Assembly (NCBI GenBank): GCA_965249485.1
Contig: OZ252239.1
Location: 2,112,001-2,176,000 of the forward strand
Origin: a bacterium
GTDB taxonomy: Bacteria > SM23-31
Length of the DNA stretch: 64,000 bases
Direction of reading: 5' to 3'
Shown here: positions 31,863 to 43,002 of the stretch, piece after piece
Layout: every line of letters starts with the position of its first letter
How positions within the stretch are numbered: position 1 is the first letter of the stretch
The notes under the pieces: generated by a model
The model's input: only the letters and a program-made list of their open reading frames with translations
Told to the model about the DNA's origin: nothing
Databases searched by the model: none
Position numbers and translations under genes: made by a program

Positions 31863-33317
31863 TCAAAGTTTCTTGATTTTCATGTTTCGAAACCAGACGG
31901 GCTGACCATGGTCCTGAAATCCAATATATCCTTTTCGCGGCATGTTTTTGTAGGCGGTATTAAACTTGTTTGACGTACCATCGGGATTCCTATGTGGTTC
32001 TGTCCACTTGTTTAAATCCATATCTATTATCTGAATTCCATTATGCACTACGTAAATTTTATTATCTATACAGGTAATTGTATAGTGGTTCCATTCGCCG
32101 GCTTTCTTTGCTACATTTTTACTTGCCGGCATGCAATCAAAAATTGATCCGCAGGAGCCATACTTCGAATTGTCAGTTGTTTCATGAATCTGCACTTCAA
32201 TTCCCGTTTGCACATAGTTACTCAGATCATCTGTACGAAAGAATACACCACTGTTGGCACCTTTAGAAACCATATATTCCATATCAAGAATAAAATCTCC
32301 ATATCGATCTTTCGTCCAAATATAGCTTCCGCCATGCCAAGTCAATACACTTTCTTCCATGGTCCATGACCCTTCTTTGAAAGAGCAGTTTGACAGGTCC
32401 GGCTCAATAAAACCCTTCCATCCTGATGGATTCAACGTACTGGCAACGTTATTAAAATATGCGATAGATGAACGTATATCAGAAAGAGAATTATCCCAGT
32501 TGTATTCATATTCAATGGAGATTACTCCCTTAAACTTCTGTCGATCCAATTCAGTGAGTACTGCCTTAACGTCTGCCACTCCGGTACCCCAGACAACATC
32601 ATGAGCTTCACGCACACCAAATTCATTCAAATCCTTGAAGTGCAAACTTATCAGTCTGTCTTCCAGTTTTTTCAGTGCGTCAACTGGTTTGATCCCCGAA
32701 CGCTGCCAATGACCGATATCAGCGCATACACCCATCCATTCGCTTCGTCCTTCAAGCGCTTTCAGTGTTGTATCTGGATTCCAGTAATAAGTAGGATTCG
32801 GGTGATTGTGGATTGCTATTTTGATTTTAAATTCCTGGCAAAGTCTATCAATCGTGACGAATATTTCTTCAGGAGGCTCTGCCGTAATGGTTTCGATCCC
32901 CATATCTTTCGCAAATTCAAAAACTTTTCTCCACTCTGCAACATCATCCCGTAATTCGACAACTCCATAATTCACCAAAGTAATCCCAGCTAGTGATAAT
33001 TTGTTTTTTACTTCCTTGCGTAATTCAATTGGCAATGTGTGATTAAATTGAATATTCGGATATTCTGCACTCAACGTTTGATCAGGATACGCTTCTATCC
33101 AATCCAAACCAAGTGATGCCGTTTTATCAATTGCTTCGAACAAAGTATAACGGTTAAAAGTCCATGCTTGTGTTCCAAGCCGCCATCCTTCGTAAGCATC
33201 TGTTTTGGGATGAGAGGTGAGAGGTAACTCTTGAGAAATGACCGGAGAATAATATGAAGTAGTCAAAAACATGATAATAAAAACTACTGTTTTTAGATTA
33301 GTATTAAATGTATTCAT
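31863..33317 (-). CDS. Exported fusion of a xylose-isomerase-like TIM barrel (sugar phosphate isomerase/epimerase) and DUF1080
   Basis: N-half: IAIHNH, CADIGHW.RSG, LHFKD, ISIEYE. C-half: ANSGVFFR, EVQI, EWNHYTI, GFQDHG..VWFRNMKIK. Confidence 0.88.
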   Translation of the reverse strand: MNTFNTNLKTVVFIIMFLTTSYYSPVISQELPLTSHPKTDAYEGWRLGTQAWTFNRYTLFEAIDKTASLGLDWIEAYPDQTLSAEYPNIQFNHTLPIELRKEVKNKLSLAGITLVNYGVVELRDDVAEWRKVFEFAKDMGIETITAEPPEEIFVTIDRLCQEFKIKIAIHNHPNPTYYWNPDTTLKALEGRSEWMGVCADIGHWQRSGIKPVDALKKLEDRLISLHFKDLNEFGVREAHDVVWGTGVADVKAVLTELDRQKFKGVISIEYEYNWDNSLSDIRSSIAYFNNVASTLNPSGWKGFIEPDLSNCSFKEGSWTMEESVLTWHGGSYIWTKDRYGDFILDMEYMVSKGANSGVFFRTDDLSNYVQTGIEVQIHETTDNSKYGSCGSIFDCMPASKNVAKKAGEWNHYTITCIDNKIYVVHNGIQIIDMDLNKWTEPHRNPDGTSNKFNTAYKNMPRKGYIGFQDHGQPVWFRNMKIKKL

Positions 33318-33318
33318 A

Positions 33319-34713
33319 TTATAATGACCACCCTTTCCGATATTCGCTATGGAGATACTCGTTTGCTTCCGGCAGATTGGTTATTTCCATTTTTTTATGA
33401 TCCCATTTCAAAGTTGTATGTCTATCCTGCATACGTATTGCAATATTGCCGAGTAACATAGTTTCAGTGAGTGGTCCGGAATAACTAAAATCAGATGTTG
33501 ACTTTTTTCCGGCCTTGCATGCTTCTATCCATTCAGAATAGATTCCGGGTGATCTGGACATGGTCTTTTTTGGACGTGTATATTCCTTCATTTTTCTTTC
33601 CGGTATCAATCGTGGACCTTCACCGTAAACATTGTGCATTAATGTACCTTTGTCACCAATGAATATCACACCACCGACATCGTCACCTATGCGACGTCCC
33701 GGCTCAAGCTCTTTAGGGCGGGGCGGAATTAAACCGCCATCATACCAGCTTAGCTTAACAGGAGGCATTTTACCTCTTGCCGGAAAGGTGTAATGTACAG
33801 TTGAAGCCATTGGATAGGAATCTTCTGTTATTGCGGTGGAGGAAGCCGAAATTGTCTCTGGAGCATTCAGTTTCAGTGCCCAGAATGGATGGTCGATAAG
33901 ATGAGCAGCCATATCCCCTAACGCTCCCGTTCCAAAATCAAACCAGCCCCTCCACTTAAATGGGCAGTATGCAGGATGATAATGACGATACGGTGCCGGT
34001 CCCAACCACAAATCCCAGTCCAATGTAGTTGGTACCGAGGGTATTTCTTTCGGCTGCTCGATACCCTGAGGCCATATCGGGGCAACTGTCCAGGCATGGA
34101 CCTCGCGGACATCACCGATAGCGCCGTCTTCTATCCATTCATTAATAAGACGGGCACCCTCACCTGCATGCCCCTGGTTACCCATTTGTGTCGTAACATT
34201 ATTTTCTTTTGCTGCTTTCGCGAGCATTCTGGCTTCATGAACGGTATGTGTCAATGGTTTCTGGCAGTATACATGTTTTCCCATTTTCATCGCCATCATG
34301 GCTATGACAGCATGTGTATGATCCGCGGTACTGATGACAACCGCGTCAATACTTTTTTCCTTTTCAAGCATTACACGGAAATCACGATATTTATGTGCTT
34401 TATCATACAACTCTAATAGATCAGGTCTTTGAAGTTCTAAAGCATATTTCAGAAAATTATCCTTCTGTGTATCATCAACATCGCATAAAGCTATAACGTT
34501 TTCCGAACTGACAGCGGTAATATCTAATCTTCCACGTCCACCGATCCCTACGCAGGCAATATTCAACTTATCGCTAGGAGCCGTTTGTCCGGGACCACCC
34601 AAAACATGGCTTGGGACTATAGTAAACACACCCGCCGCAACAGCAGTTTTACCAATGAAACTTCTTCGAGAAATAGTTTGCAGAGATTTTTTATCATCCA
34701 TGTTGTTTATCAT
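33319..34713 (-). CDS. Tat-exported Gfo/Idh/MocA oxidoreductase
   Basis: SRRSFIG; PSDKLNIACVGIGGRG; HVYCQKP; QMGNQGH; WDLWLGPA; WRGWFDFGTGALGDMAAH. Confidence 0.92.
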   Translation of the reverse strand: MINNMDDKKSLQTISRRSFIGKTAVAAGVFTIVPSHVLGGPGQTAPSDKLNIACVGIGGRGRLDITAVSSENVIALCDVDDTQKDNFLKYALELQRPDLLELYDKAHKYRDFRVMLEKEKSIDAVVISTADHTHAVIAMMAMKMGKHVYCQKPLTHTVHEARMLAKAAKENNVTTQMGNQGHAGEGARLINEWIEDGAIGDVREVHAWTVAPIWPQGIEQPKEIPSVPTTLDWDLWLGPAPYRHYHPAYCPFKWRGWFDFGTGALGDMAAHLIDHPFWALKLNAPETISASSTAITEDSYPMASTVHYTFPARGKMPPVKLSWYDGGLIPPRPKELEPGRRIGDDVGGVIFIGDKGTLMHNVYGEGPRLIPERKMKEYTRPKKTMSRSPGIYSEWIEACKAGKKSTSDFSYSGPLTETMLLGNIAIRMQDRHTTLKWDHKKMEITNLPEANEYLHSEYRKGWSL

Positions 34714-34766
34714 ATTAATAACTTTTTGTTGACGTAATCGAAAAAGTATTCATAATTATTAGTATA

Positions 34767-36890
34767 TTACATTTCTTTATCTAATATGTCCGGTATCCAC
34801 TCATGTATTCTTTCATTATCTGTACTCATAAGTATTTTGTTAAGAGTATCACCCAATCCTTCATCAAACATTCCCTTTAATCTTTCAGCATTTCTTTCCC
34901 GAACTCGATCTAATAATCTTATAATTGCGGCCTCAGCTTCAGGTTTGAGAGACGAATCTTCGAGATATACAGCAATAATATTTAGTGCTTCAACGGCACC
35001 CGACCACATTCCTGATAAACCGGATAAAACCATTCTTTTTTCACTGACTTCTGTTGCATATTCCATTGCTGTCATATAAAGTTTTATAGATTCTACGTTA
35101 GGCCGCTCACTCCTGATTCTAACCAGATTGATATAACCTCGAAGCGCTAATATTTTATGAGTTTCATTATCTGTAGCTGTCACGACATTTAGCAGTTCTT
35201 GCAGAGGTTGGGCATTCGGCCATGTCGACAGTGCATGTATTGCAGCTTCCTGACTATCAGGATTATCACTATTTAATTCTTTTCTTATTGCTGGGAGTGC
35301 GCTTGCATCTCCAATTCGCCCCAATACTTCCAGTAAAGAACTCCGAGCATCAATATTTTTAACCGATGGTAATTGAGCCAATACCGGACCGGCCTGATTT
35401 GATACATCAGCTATTTTTTGTGAAACAAGAACAACTGTTCTTTCCGCTTCGTTGCGTACTCCATTATTTTCTTCTTCAATCAGCATTCTGATCAATTTAT
35501 CAGCATTGTCAGGTTGTGCAATAATTGCTAAGGACTTGTACGATTCTATGCGGACTGATCGGTCAGGATCGACAGCGGTATTTAATAATGTATTAATAGC
35601 ACTAACCGCATTTCGTTGACCTAAACTACGGACAAGTTCAGCTCTTACCTGGGGATCTGAATATGAGATTCGATCAATTATATTTTGATTAACAGAAGCA
35701 TCCGGTAATAGATCTAGACTTCTTCGTGCTGCTTGACGGTCTGTCCCTGTTGCTTCTGTAGCCACTCTTACAAATAGTGAAATATCCGAATCAGTACCGA
35801 TTTTTGATAATGCTGTCAGAGCTGCAACCCTGACAGATTCATCATTGTGTTTCACTGCTTCCAACGCTGCGTCTCTTGCAGTGGACTCATTTCGGTAAGC
35901 AAAAGCAGAAAGTAACTGAATTTGTGCCAGATCGGATACATTTGGCAACTCTTCAATTATAGCACTCAAATCAGGTTTTCCTGGCAGTTCCCGGAGCAAT
36001 CCGACAGCAACAGACTGCAATTCACGATTGTCTCTTTTTAGTACCGAAAGGATAATATCCGGTGCATCATCGATATTGGTTTGTACTCGGCCCCGAAAAG
36101 CTGCAGATCGGATATGAATGGTGTTTTCATTATTATATAACTCCTGATAAATAATGGCAGCTCTAGATATGTTTCCTTTTTCAAAGAAGCTATCTGCACA
36201 TAGCAGATACGCGTCTAAAACAAGATTGCGTAATTTTCCATCAGTCTTTGAACGTGCGTCTGCAAGCAATTTAGCCGCATTTTCATCTGCAATTTTTCCC
36301 AGAGCTGTTACAGCAGATTCAGCAATTTGCTGATCGGTATCATAAACTAGTTTTTCGAGATCATTAACCGCATTTTTATCTTTTCGTTCACCAAGTGTAT
36401 TAATAATACCAATTTTGATGTTTCGTGGCGCGTCCGACAATAATTCACGAAGAGCTCTATCTACAGCAGAATCATGGATGCGCTGCAGGGTATATAACGC
36501 AATATTCGCTGTTTTTTCCTTTGATAGTAACGTCTTTAAAACTGGTATAGATTCTTTGGTGCCGATAATACTTAACTGCTCGCAGACAAATTGTTTTCCA
36601 GCAAACAATGCATCTGATTCCAGAAACGAAATCATTTCATGTTCGATTAAGCGCTTAGAGTTCTGTGAATCCAGCGAAGATTGGACGAGTAGTCGGAGTG
36701 CAGAAAGTGGTTCGCGGCTATCACCGTAATCGTATTCCGATATCTCATTTAATATTTTCTTAACATCTGAGACAATATCGCTGCGTGATTTTTCCACTGC
36801 ACCTGTTACTATGAATGTAGCTGATATTGACAATAATATCAGGGTTTTCAGGAAGTGGAATTGTTTGATATGTTGCATCATTTTCACCAT
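34767..36890 (-). CDS. Exported HEAT-repeat protein
   Basis: Signal peptide; recurrent alpha-solenoid units (ALGKI, ALSKI, SLGQR, VLGRIG, ALSTW, ALRGYI). Confidence 0.8.
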   Translation of the reverse strand: MVKMMQHIKQFHFLKTLILLSISATFIVTGAVEKSRSDIVSDVKKILNEISEYDYGDSREPLSALRLLVQSSLDSQNSKRLIEHEMISFLESDALFAGKQFVCEQLSIIGTKESIPVLKTLLSKEKTANIALYTLQRIHDSAVDRALRELLSDAPRNIKIGIINTLGERKDKNAVNDLEKLVYDTDQQIAESAVTALGKIADENAAKLLADARSKTDGKLRNLVLDAYLLCADSFFEKGNISRAAIIYQELYNNENTIHIRSAAFRGRVQTNIDDAPDIILSVLKRDNRELQSVAVGLLRELPGKPDLSAIIEELPNVSDLAQIQLLSAFAYRNESTARDAALEAVKHNDESVRVAALTALSKIGTDSDISLFVRVATEATGTDRQAARRSLDLLPDASVNQNIIDRISYSDPQVRAELVRSLGQRNAVSAINTLLNTAVDPDRSVRIESYKSLAIIAQPDNADKLIRMLIEEENNGVRNEAERTVVLVSQKIADVSNQAGPVLAQLPSVKNIDARSSLLEVLGRIGDASALPAIRKELNSDNPDSQEAAIHALSTWPNAQPLQELLNVVTATDNETHKILALRGYINLVRIRSERPNVESIKLYMTAMEYATEVSEKRMVLSGLSGMWSGAVEALNIIAVYLEDSSLKPEAEAAIIRLLDRVRERNAERLKGMFDEGLGDTLNKILMSTDNERIHEWIPDILDKEM

Positions 36891-36965
36891 ATTATAATTT
36901 AGTATTACAACGATTCATTCACTTCTAAAAAAGTTTTCTCATAAATAATAGTGCGAAAAAATTTG

Positions 36966-38297
36966 CTACGAATGCCAGGGACTACGCATTGCATTACCGA
37001 GCATTTGTGATGCTGTGGTATCGCCGATAATTTCTTCGGTTTCCGGATTAAAATGGATCTTTCGGCCGAGCAGCATGGCAATCTGTCCCAGATGTCCCGG
37101 TGTTGCAGAGCGGTGTGCAACTTCACTTGGTGCTAATGTTGTTGCCCGTGTCTTAACACAGTCCAAAAAGTTACGTGTATGGCCTTCATGGTCAATCGGG
37201 TTTCCGACTCGAAGGAGATGAATTTCATTAGGACTGAATACTTCGCGCAGGAGCGATTTCGGATGTGCATCAATTCCTCCCCGGTTGACCCAGACCCAGC
37301 CGTTTTCACCGATCCATTTTGTTCCGCTGCGGATATCGTCATGTCCACCAGCAATTATCATTTTGATGCCGTTGGCATATTTGGTATTTATTCTATACCT
37401 ATAAGCACTATTCCATAAACCTGTTTTGGGATATTCTCCAACTCCATCGATCTCAACCGGACCGGTACGGTCCATTCCCATTCCCCAATGTGCAATATCT
37501 ACATGATGACCGACCCAATCCATGAGTTGACCGCCACCGTATTCAAGATTCCAACGCCAATTGTAATGCACTCGGGTAGGAACATAATCTGCATAAGGAG
37601 CCGGTCCAAGCCAAAAGTTATAATCCAGCTCTTTCGGCGGTTTTGCAACCATTTCTCCATCGTCTCCATTTCCGGTATCATAACCGGAAGGCAATCCCAC
37701 TTCAACAGAATGTACTTTACCAATACAGTTGTTGAGGACCAATTCACAGGCAAAACGGAAGTTTGACTGTGACCGCTGCCAGCTACCGGTTTGCCAGACA
37801 CGGCCATATCTCTCTACGGCATCACACATAGCACGTCCATCAATGAGGCTGTGAGAAAATGGTTTTTCTCCGTATATGTCTTTTCCGGCTTTTGCAGCGG
37901 CAACAGCAATAGGTGCATGCCAGTGATCGGGCGTAGTTATTTGGACGACATCAATATCGTTTCGTGCAATGAGTTCCCGGAAATCGCCGTACGCGGCACA
38001 ATCATTATTGCCGTATCTTTTATCAACCGATTTTTTTGCTCTTTGAAGACGATTGGTATCAACATCACAAACCGCAACAACATGCGCATCGGGTTCAGCT
38101 AAAAAAGTTTCCATATCCTCTCTACCCATTCCTCCCATCCCGACACAACCTACGGTAATTTTATCGCTTGGGAGAAATAGATTGCTTCTACCCAATACGG
38201 AAGAGGGGATAATGTACGGAAAACCGAATCCGGCAACTGCTGCACCGGTAGAATACTTCATAAATTGTCTGCGGTTTATGCCTTTCTTCTGTGGCAT
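36966..38297 (-). CDS. Tat-exported Gfo/Idh/MocA oxidoreductase
   Basis: NRRQFMK; VGMGGMG; TPDHWH; DIYGEKP; QTGSWQRS; WLGPAP; DWVGHHVDIAHWG. Confidence 0.92.
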   Translation of the reverse strand: MPQKKGINRRQFMKYSTGAAVAGFGFPYIIPSSVLGRSNLFLPSDKITVGCVGMGGMGREDMETFLAEPDAHVVAVCDVDTNRLQRAKKSVDKRYGNNDCAAYGDFRELIARNDIDVVQITTPDHWHAPIAVAAAKAGKDIYGEKPFSHSLIDGRAMCDAVERYGRVWQTGSWQRSQSNFRFACELVLNNCIGKVHSVEVGLPSGYDTGNGDDGEMVAKPPKELDYNFWLGPAPYADYVPTRVHYNWRWNLEYGGGQLMDWVGHHVDIAHWGMGMDRTGPVEIDGVGEYPKTGLWNSAYRYRINTKYANGIKMIIAGGHDDIRSGTKWIGENGWVWVNRGGIDAHPKSLLREVFSPNEIHLLRVGNPIDHEGHTRNFLDCVKTRATTLAPSEVAHRSATPGHLGQIAMLLGRKIHFNPETEEIIGDTTASQMLGNAMRSPWHS

Positions 38298-38450
38298 TAT
38301 ATTTCTCCTTGATCTTTAAAGAGGGTATAGAAAAAACTCTGCAATTTATAAAGTCGGTAAAAAAATTTCAAAAAGTTTTCGTACTCAATGGTGGTAAAAA
38401 AAATAGCTACGAGGATTGATCGATTCAGCTGTTTTTTCTATTTTGTTCGA

Positions 38451-39212
38451 TTATCGGCTTGCCCACAACATTCCTCTTTTCATAATTGTTATCGCTTGCG
38501 GAATATCGAAAACACTTGCACTATGTCCTAAAGAAGAGTAAAATACTCTGCCTTTACCATACACTTTTTTCCAGACTACCGGCATTACAACATCATTTAT
38601 CCACGGAGCGTGATCACCATTAAAAGTAGTGGTTGCAAGAACTTTGTTAGCGGGGTCTACATGCATATAATATTGTTCGGAATGAACGTTAAAGTCAGAT
38701 AGTCCTTTGGTAATCGGGTCATCATGATTAATTATATTTACTTCATAATCTACGGCTCCTCCGGGGTGGGAAACCCACTGTCCGCCGATCATAAACTGAT
38801 ATTCGGGAATATCTCTGAAAGCATCGCCCAAACCACCATGCCAGCCAGCAATTCCAACGCCGTTTCTTACAGCTCTATAAAGACCTCGTATCCTGGGGCT
38901 CTCTTCGTTTTCAGGACTCATAGTAAATACCTGAACGATCAGGTCCTTGGAATTCATGTTGTCTTCATCAAGATAGGAATCTAAATCGTTGGATATTTCA
39001 ACATCAAATCCCTGGTCTTCTAGCCAGGGAGCAAAAATATCGATACATTGTTTGGGTTGGTGGCCATCCCAGCCTCCCCAAACCATGAGTACAGATTTTG
39101 CTTTTTTTTCTTTCTTATCACTAAAAAGGGTCTTCCCAGCGAAAGGAACCGCTGCACCGGCCAAAACCGACTGTTTCATAAAATTACGTCTGCTAAAGTG
39201 ATCTTTTCTCAT
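38451..39212 (-). CDS. ThuA-like (trehalose utilization, class I GATase-fold) protein with Tat signal
   Basis: [48 protein letters not shown]. Confidence 0.85.
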   Translation of the reverse strand: MRKDHFSRRNFMKQSVLAGAAVPFAGKTLFSDKKEKKAKSVLMVWGGWDGHQPKQCIDIFAPWLEDQGFDVEISNDLDSYLDEDNMNSKDLIVQVFTMSPENEESPRIRGLYRAVRNGVGIAGWHGGLGDAFRDIPEYQFMIGGQWVSHPGGAVDYEVNIINHDDPITKGLSDFNVHSEQYYMHVDPANKVLATTTFNGDHAPWINDVVMPVVWKKVYGKGRVFYSSLGHSASVFDIPQAITIMKRGMLWASR

Positions 39213-39432
39213 ATCAATCTCCACTATTAAGCATATAATTGTTAATGAAAATACTATATTTAAAAAAAAGCTGGTTTTTAATTGAATGATTTATTTACTA
39301 TATAAATAAGATAAAATTTCATAAGAAAGGGATAGATAATCTTTTGTAAAAAATATAAGCAAAAGATTATCTATATTAAAGGGATTTTTTACCATTAATA
39401 GTTATTGTGTAATTAACATATAGGGATGACCG

Positions 39433-40590
39433 ATGAAAGAAATTAGAGTAGGTTTGATAGGGTGCGGCTTCATGGGCAAAGCGCATAGCAATGCCTTCCT
39501 GAATGTTGCCAAATTTTTCCCTCTGGATGCAAAACCTGTCATGAAAGTGATCTGTGCGAGAACTGAATCGAATGTTAAAGCTGTTCAGGAGAACTGGGGA
39601 TGGGAACGTTATGAGACGGATTATAAAAAGATGCTGAATAGTGGTGATATCGACTTGTTGGATATTTCGACTCCTAACTTAAGCCATAAAGAAATTGCAA
39701 TCATGGCAGCAGAAAAGGGTATTGACATTCTTTGTGAAAAACCGCTTGCAATGAATTCGGATGAAGCGAGAGAAATGGTGAATGCTGCTAAAAAAGCTAA
39801 AATCAAAAATTTAGTATGTTTCAATTACCGGCGTGTTCCGTCTATCGCTCTGGCAAAACAGCTTATTGATGAAGGTGAAATCGGCGATATATTTCATGTC
39901 AGAGCGGTTTATTTACAGGATTGGATAATTGATCCTAAATTTCCGTTGGTATGGAGACTGAATAAAGAAATAGCCGGATCTGGTTCTCATGGTGACCTGA
40001 ATGCTCATATAATCGATCTCGCCCGTTTTTTAGTTGGGGAATTCGACGAAGTTTCCGGATTGGAAAAGACCTTTATCAAAACGAGACCGCTACCAGCTGA
40101 AGAGGGTAGTCTTGCTGCAAACGGCACAACAACCCAAACAGGAGAAGTGACTGTTGATGATGCTGTCCTGTTTTTAGCAAAATTTCAAAATGGAGCCGTA
40201 GGAAGCTTTGAAGCAACACGGTTTGCCAACGGAAGAAAAAATAATAATAGTATGGAGATTAACGGTAGTAAAGGGTCACTGGTGTTCAATCTTGAACGGA
40301 TGAACGAACTCGAGTTTTTCTCCGACTCAGGACCTCATCACTCGAAAGGATTCAAAACAATTCTTGCCACCGAACCAGACCATCCGTATATGAGTGCGTA
40401 TTGGCCTCCCGGCCACATTATCGGATGGGAACATACGTTTCTGAATGTAGTCTATGATATGATTGAAGGTATTACAAAAAACAAACCTATTGCTCCTGAT
40501 TTTGAAGACGGCCTTAAATGTCAGCAGGTATTGGATGCTGTAATAAAATCCTCTGATGAGAAAAGCTGGATCAATGTCGATGAGATGTAA
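39433..40590 (+). CDS. Cytoplasmic Gfo/Idh/MocA dehydrogenase (levoglucosan dehydrogenase-like subgroup)
   Basis: GLIGCGFMGKAHS, CEKPLA, FNYRRVP, YLQDW, GSGSHGDLNAHIIDLARF, SFEATR; no export signal. Confidence 0.88.
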   Translation: MKEIRVGLIGCGFMGKAHSNAFLNVAKFFPLDAKPVMKVICARTESNVKAVQENWGWERYETDYKKMLNSGDIDLLDISTPNLSHKEIAIMAAEKGIDILCEKPLAMNSDEAREMVNAAKKAKIKNLVCFNYRRVPSIALAKQLIDEGEIGDIFHVRAVYLQDWIIDPKFPLVWRLNKEIAGSGSHGDLNAHIIDLARFLVGEFDEVSGLEKTFIKTRPLPAEEGSLAANGTTTQTGEVTVDDAVLFLAKFQNGAVGSFEATRFANGRKNNNSMEINGSKGSLVFNLERMNELEFFSDSGPHHSKGFKTILATEPDHPYMSAYWPPGHIIGWEHTFLNVVYDMIEGITKNKPIAPDFEDGLKCQQVLDAVIKSSDEKSWINVDEM

Positions 40591-40665
40591 AAAGTACCAA
40601 CGCTATGAATAATTCTGAAATCATCAGTAAATAACTATCTATTTCAGTGCAGGTAAGGAGGAGTT

Positions 40666-41628
40666 ATGAAAGTAGGCGTGTTAACCGTACTATTCGGTTC
40701 AATGTCGTTTGAAGAAGTTCTTGCATATGTTTCAAAAGTTGGCTTAGAAGCTATTGAATTAGGGACGGGCAATTATGTCGGTTCTCCTCATACGAATGTA
40801 AAGGAATTGCTGTCGAGCGACCAGAATATTAAGGACTACAAGAAAAAAGTAGCAGACAAAGGGCTTGAGATTAGCGCATTGAGTTGCCATGGTAATCCGC
40901 TACACCCCGATAAGGCTATCGCAGAAGCGAATCATAACGTTCACCGGGACACGGTAACACTGGCATCCAAAATGGGACTGGATACCGTTATCAATTTTTC
41001 CGGATGTCCCGGAGGATCGGAGAACGATCCGTATCCGAACTGGGTTACTTGTCCATGGCCCGATGATTATTCGAAAATATTGGAATGGCAGTGGGCAGAA
41101 AAAGTTATCCCGTACTGGAAACAAGAATCCAAATTCGCAGCAGATCACGGCATCAGAATTGCCTTTGAAATGCATCCTGGATTTGTTGTGTATAATACTG
41201 AAAGTATGCTGAGATTACGGGAAGAATGTGGGAATAATTTAGGTGCCAATTTTGATCCGAGTCACCTTTTCTGGCAGGGCATGGATCCGATCGTAAGCCT
41301 CAGGAAACTTGAAGGAGCGATTTTTCATGTCCACGCGAAAGATTGCCGGGTAGATGATGACAATACGAGAGCGAACGGTGTTTTGGACATTAAACCTTAT
41401 GGCGATGAACTTAACAGGTCATGGGTGTTTCGGACAGTGGGATACGGTCATGGTGAAACATTCTGGCGTGATTTCGTGAGCACACTGCGCATGGTAGGCT
41501 ATGATGGTGCGCTGAGCATTGAGCATGAAGACAGCCTTATGAGTGCGGATGAGGGTTTTAAAAAAGCCGCCAACTTTTTACAGGATATTGTCATCAAAGA
41601 CCAAGCAGGCGAAATGCATTGGGCATAA
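40666..41628 (+). CDS. Sugar phosphate isomerase/epimerase (AP-endonuclease-2 TIM barrel)
   Basis: SALSCHGNPLHP, FSGCPG, FEMHPG, NFDPSHLFWQG, HVHAKD, FRTVGYGH, SIEHED. Confidence 0.9.
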   Translation: MKVGVLTVLFGSMSFEEVLAYVSKVGLEAIELGTGNYVGSPHTNVKELLSSDQNIKDYKKKVADKGLEISALSCHGNPLHPDKAIAEANHNVHRDTVTLASKMGLDTVINFSGCPGGSENDPYPNWVTCPWPDDYSKILEWQWAEKVIPYWKQESKFAADHGIRIAFEMHPGFVVYNTESMLRLREECGNNLGANFDPSHLFWQGMDPIVSLRKLEGAIFHVHAKDCRVDDDNTRANGVLDIKPYGDELNRSWVFRTVGYGHGETFWRDFVSTLRMVGYDGALSIEHEDSLMSADEGFKKAANFLQDIVIKDQAGEMHWA

Positions 41629-41689
41629 CATTGCAATTATATTCTTTCTGTCAGGTTATCTTCTTAAAGATCGAATTAATAATTAAACT

Positions 41690-41721
41690 AAAAAAGGCGT
41701 TCTAATCGAACGCCTTTTTTT
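41690..41721. terminator. Bidirectional terminator between convergent genes
   Basis: AAAAAAGGCGTTC-taatc-GAACGCCTTTTTTT. Confidence 0.85.
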
Positions 41722-41743
41722 CTGAGATATGACTTATCATATT

Positions 41744-42868
41744 CTATACCACACGAAAAATCAGTGAAACAACAAACAGAACACCTGCTGTAACAGCTAA
41801 AATGACCAGGCTCTTCTGGATTGTTTTTCCTTGAGCATAATTTCCTATTGCTTTAGGGATAATTGTACCACCGAGCAGGCCTACCGCGAACATGATGGCA
41901 AAAGCACTCCCGTATAATTCCGGTGCTATTTTTGAAAAAGTATAGCCAATTACCGTTGGGAAAATCGGTCCGAAAGCAAGTCCTGTGATCAAAACACCTA
42001 CCGTTGCTGTTACTTTATTCTTAGCCATGATCATAATGAGTATGGTTGCCACAGAAACAATTGCAAGAGCAGCGATAATTATCGCACCGATTTCAGGCGA
42101 TACAAATCTTGATGTCACGAGCCTTGCAATTATGAGAGCTATCCAAAATCCTGATAATATTCCACTTGCTTTTCCGGCAGTAAAGCCAACCTCAGTAAGA
42201 TAAGAGGTAATCCATCCAGCCATGGACACTTCAAGAGCTAAATAACAAAATAATGAAAGAGAAGCGATCAATACAACAGGATTACCAAGCAAACTAAACG
42301 CACTTCCAACTCCATAACCCTCTAATTCAGGATAAGCACTTGTCCACAAAGCAAATATGATTGGTATAAGCACGATGGCACCAACAATGCTCAGCGTATT
42401 GGAAAATCCGAGTCGTTTCAGCAAAAGACCGATAAAAAAGGGAGTTAAGAATGCCCCAACACCAAAAAAAACATTTCCAAGATTGCTGGCGGCAGGCGGA
42501 TTTTGTCCGTAGAAGAGTACCATAGGTATAAGAGTATTACCGACAGTATTGACGCACATTCCCCCGATCCCTAATCCGATACAGGCTATAACTACTCCTT
42601 TGTATGAACCGGAATATGCCACCATAAAAATACTTAGTCCAGCGATCAAAAAACCAATGACAGCGATAGGTTTGTGTCCAAAAGAATCCACAAGTGGACC
42701 GATGAGAAGCACCAAGATAATGGAAGTAAACATCAGTGTTGATATCAAGCTGCCAAATTTCGCATCATCAATTTTAAGTTTCTCAGTCAGCGGTAGCTTA
42801 ATTGCTCCAAGAATAGAGATCACAATCCCTATCCCAAGCACACCAAGAATTGCTACGAGTTGAATCAT
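41744..42868 (-). CDS. MFS transporter (FucP/sugar-like)
   Basis: About 11-12 TM helices; GPLVDSFGHK; FFGVGAFLTP; Y...EV...GWITSYL; GPIFPT. Confidence 0.85.
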   Translation of the reverse strand: MIQLVAILGVLGIGIVISILGAIKLPLTEKLKIDDAKFGSLISTLMFTSIILVLLIGPLVDSFGHKPIAVIGFLIAGLSIFMVAYSGSYKGVVIACIGLGIGGMCVNTVGNTLIPMVLFYGQNPPAASNLGNVFFGVGAFLTPFFIGLLLKRLGFSNTLSIVGAIVLIPIIFALWTSAYPELEGYGVGSAFSLLGNPVVLIASLSLFCYLALEVSMAGWITSYLTEVGFTAGKASGILSGFWIALIIARLVTSRFVSPEIGAIIIAALAIVSVATILIMIMAKNKVTATVGVLITGLAFGPIFPTVIGYTFSKIAPELYGSAFAIMFAVGLLGGTIIPKAIGNYAQGKTIQKSLVILAVTAGVLFVVSLIFRVV

Positions 42869-43002
42869 ACATAAACTCCTTTCTTAAGTTATGATTCATA
42901 AAGTCTAATATATGTCATTAGGGATATTGCTATCCTAAATACATCCAAAAAATTATTGGCTTTGATCAAAATTTAAGATTTCACCCAATTTACAGCAATT
43001 TA

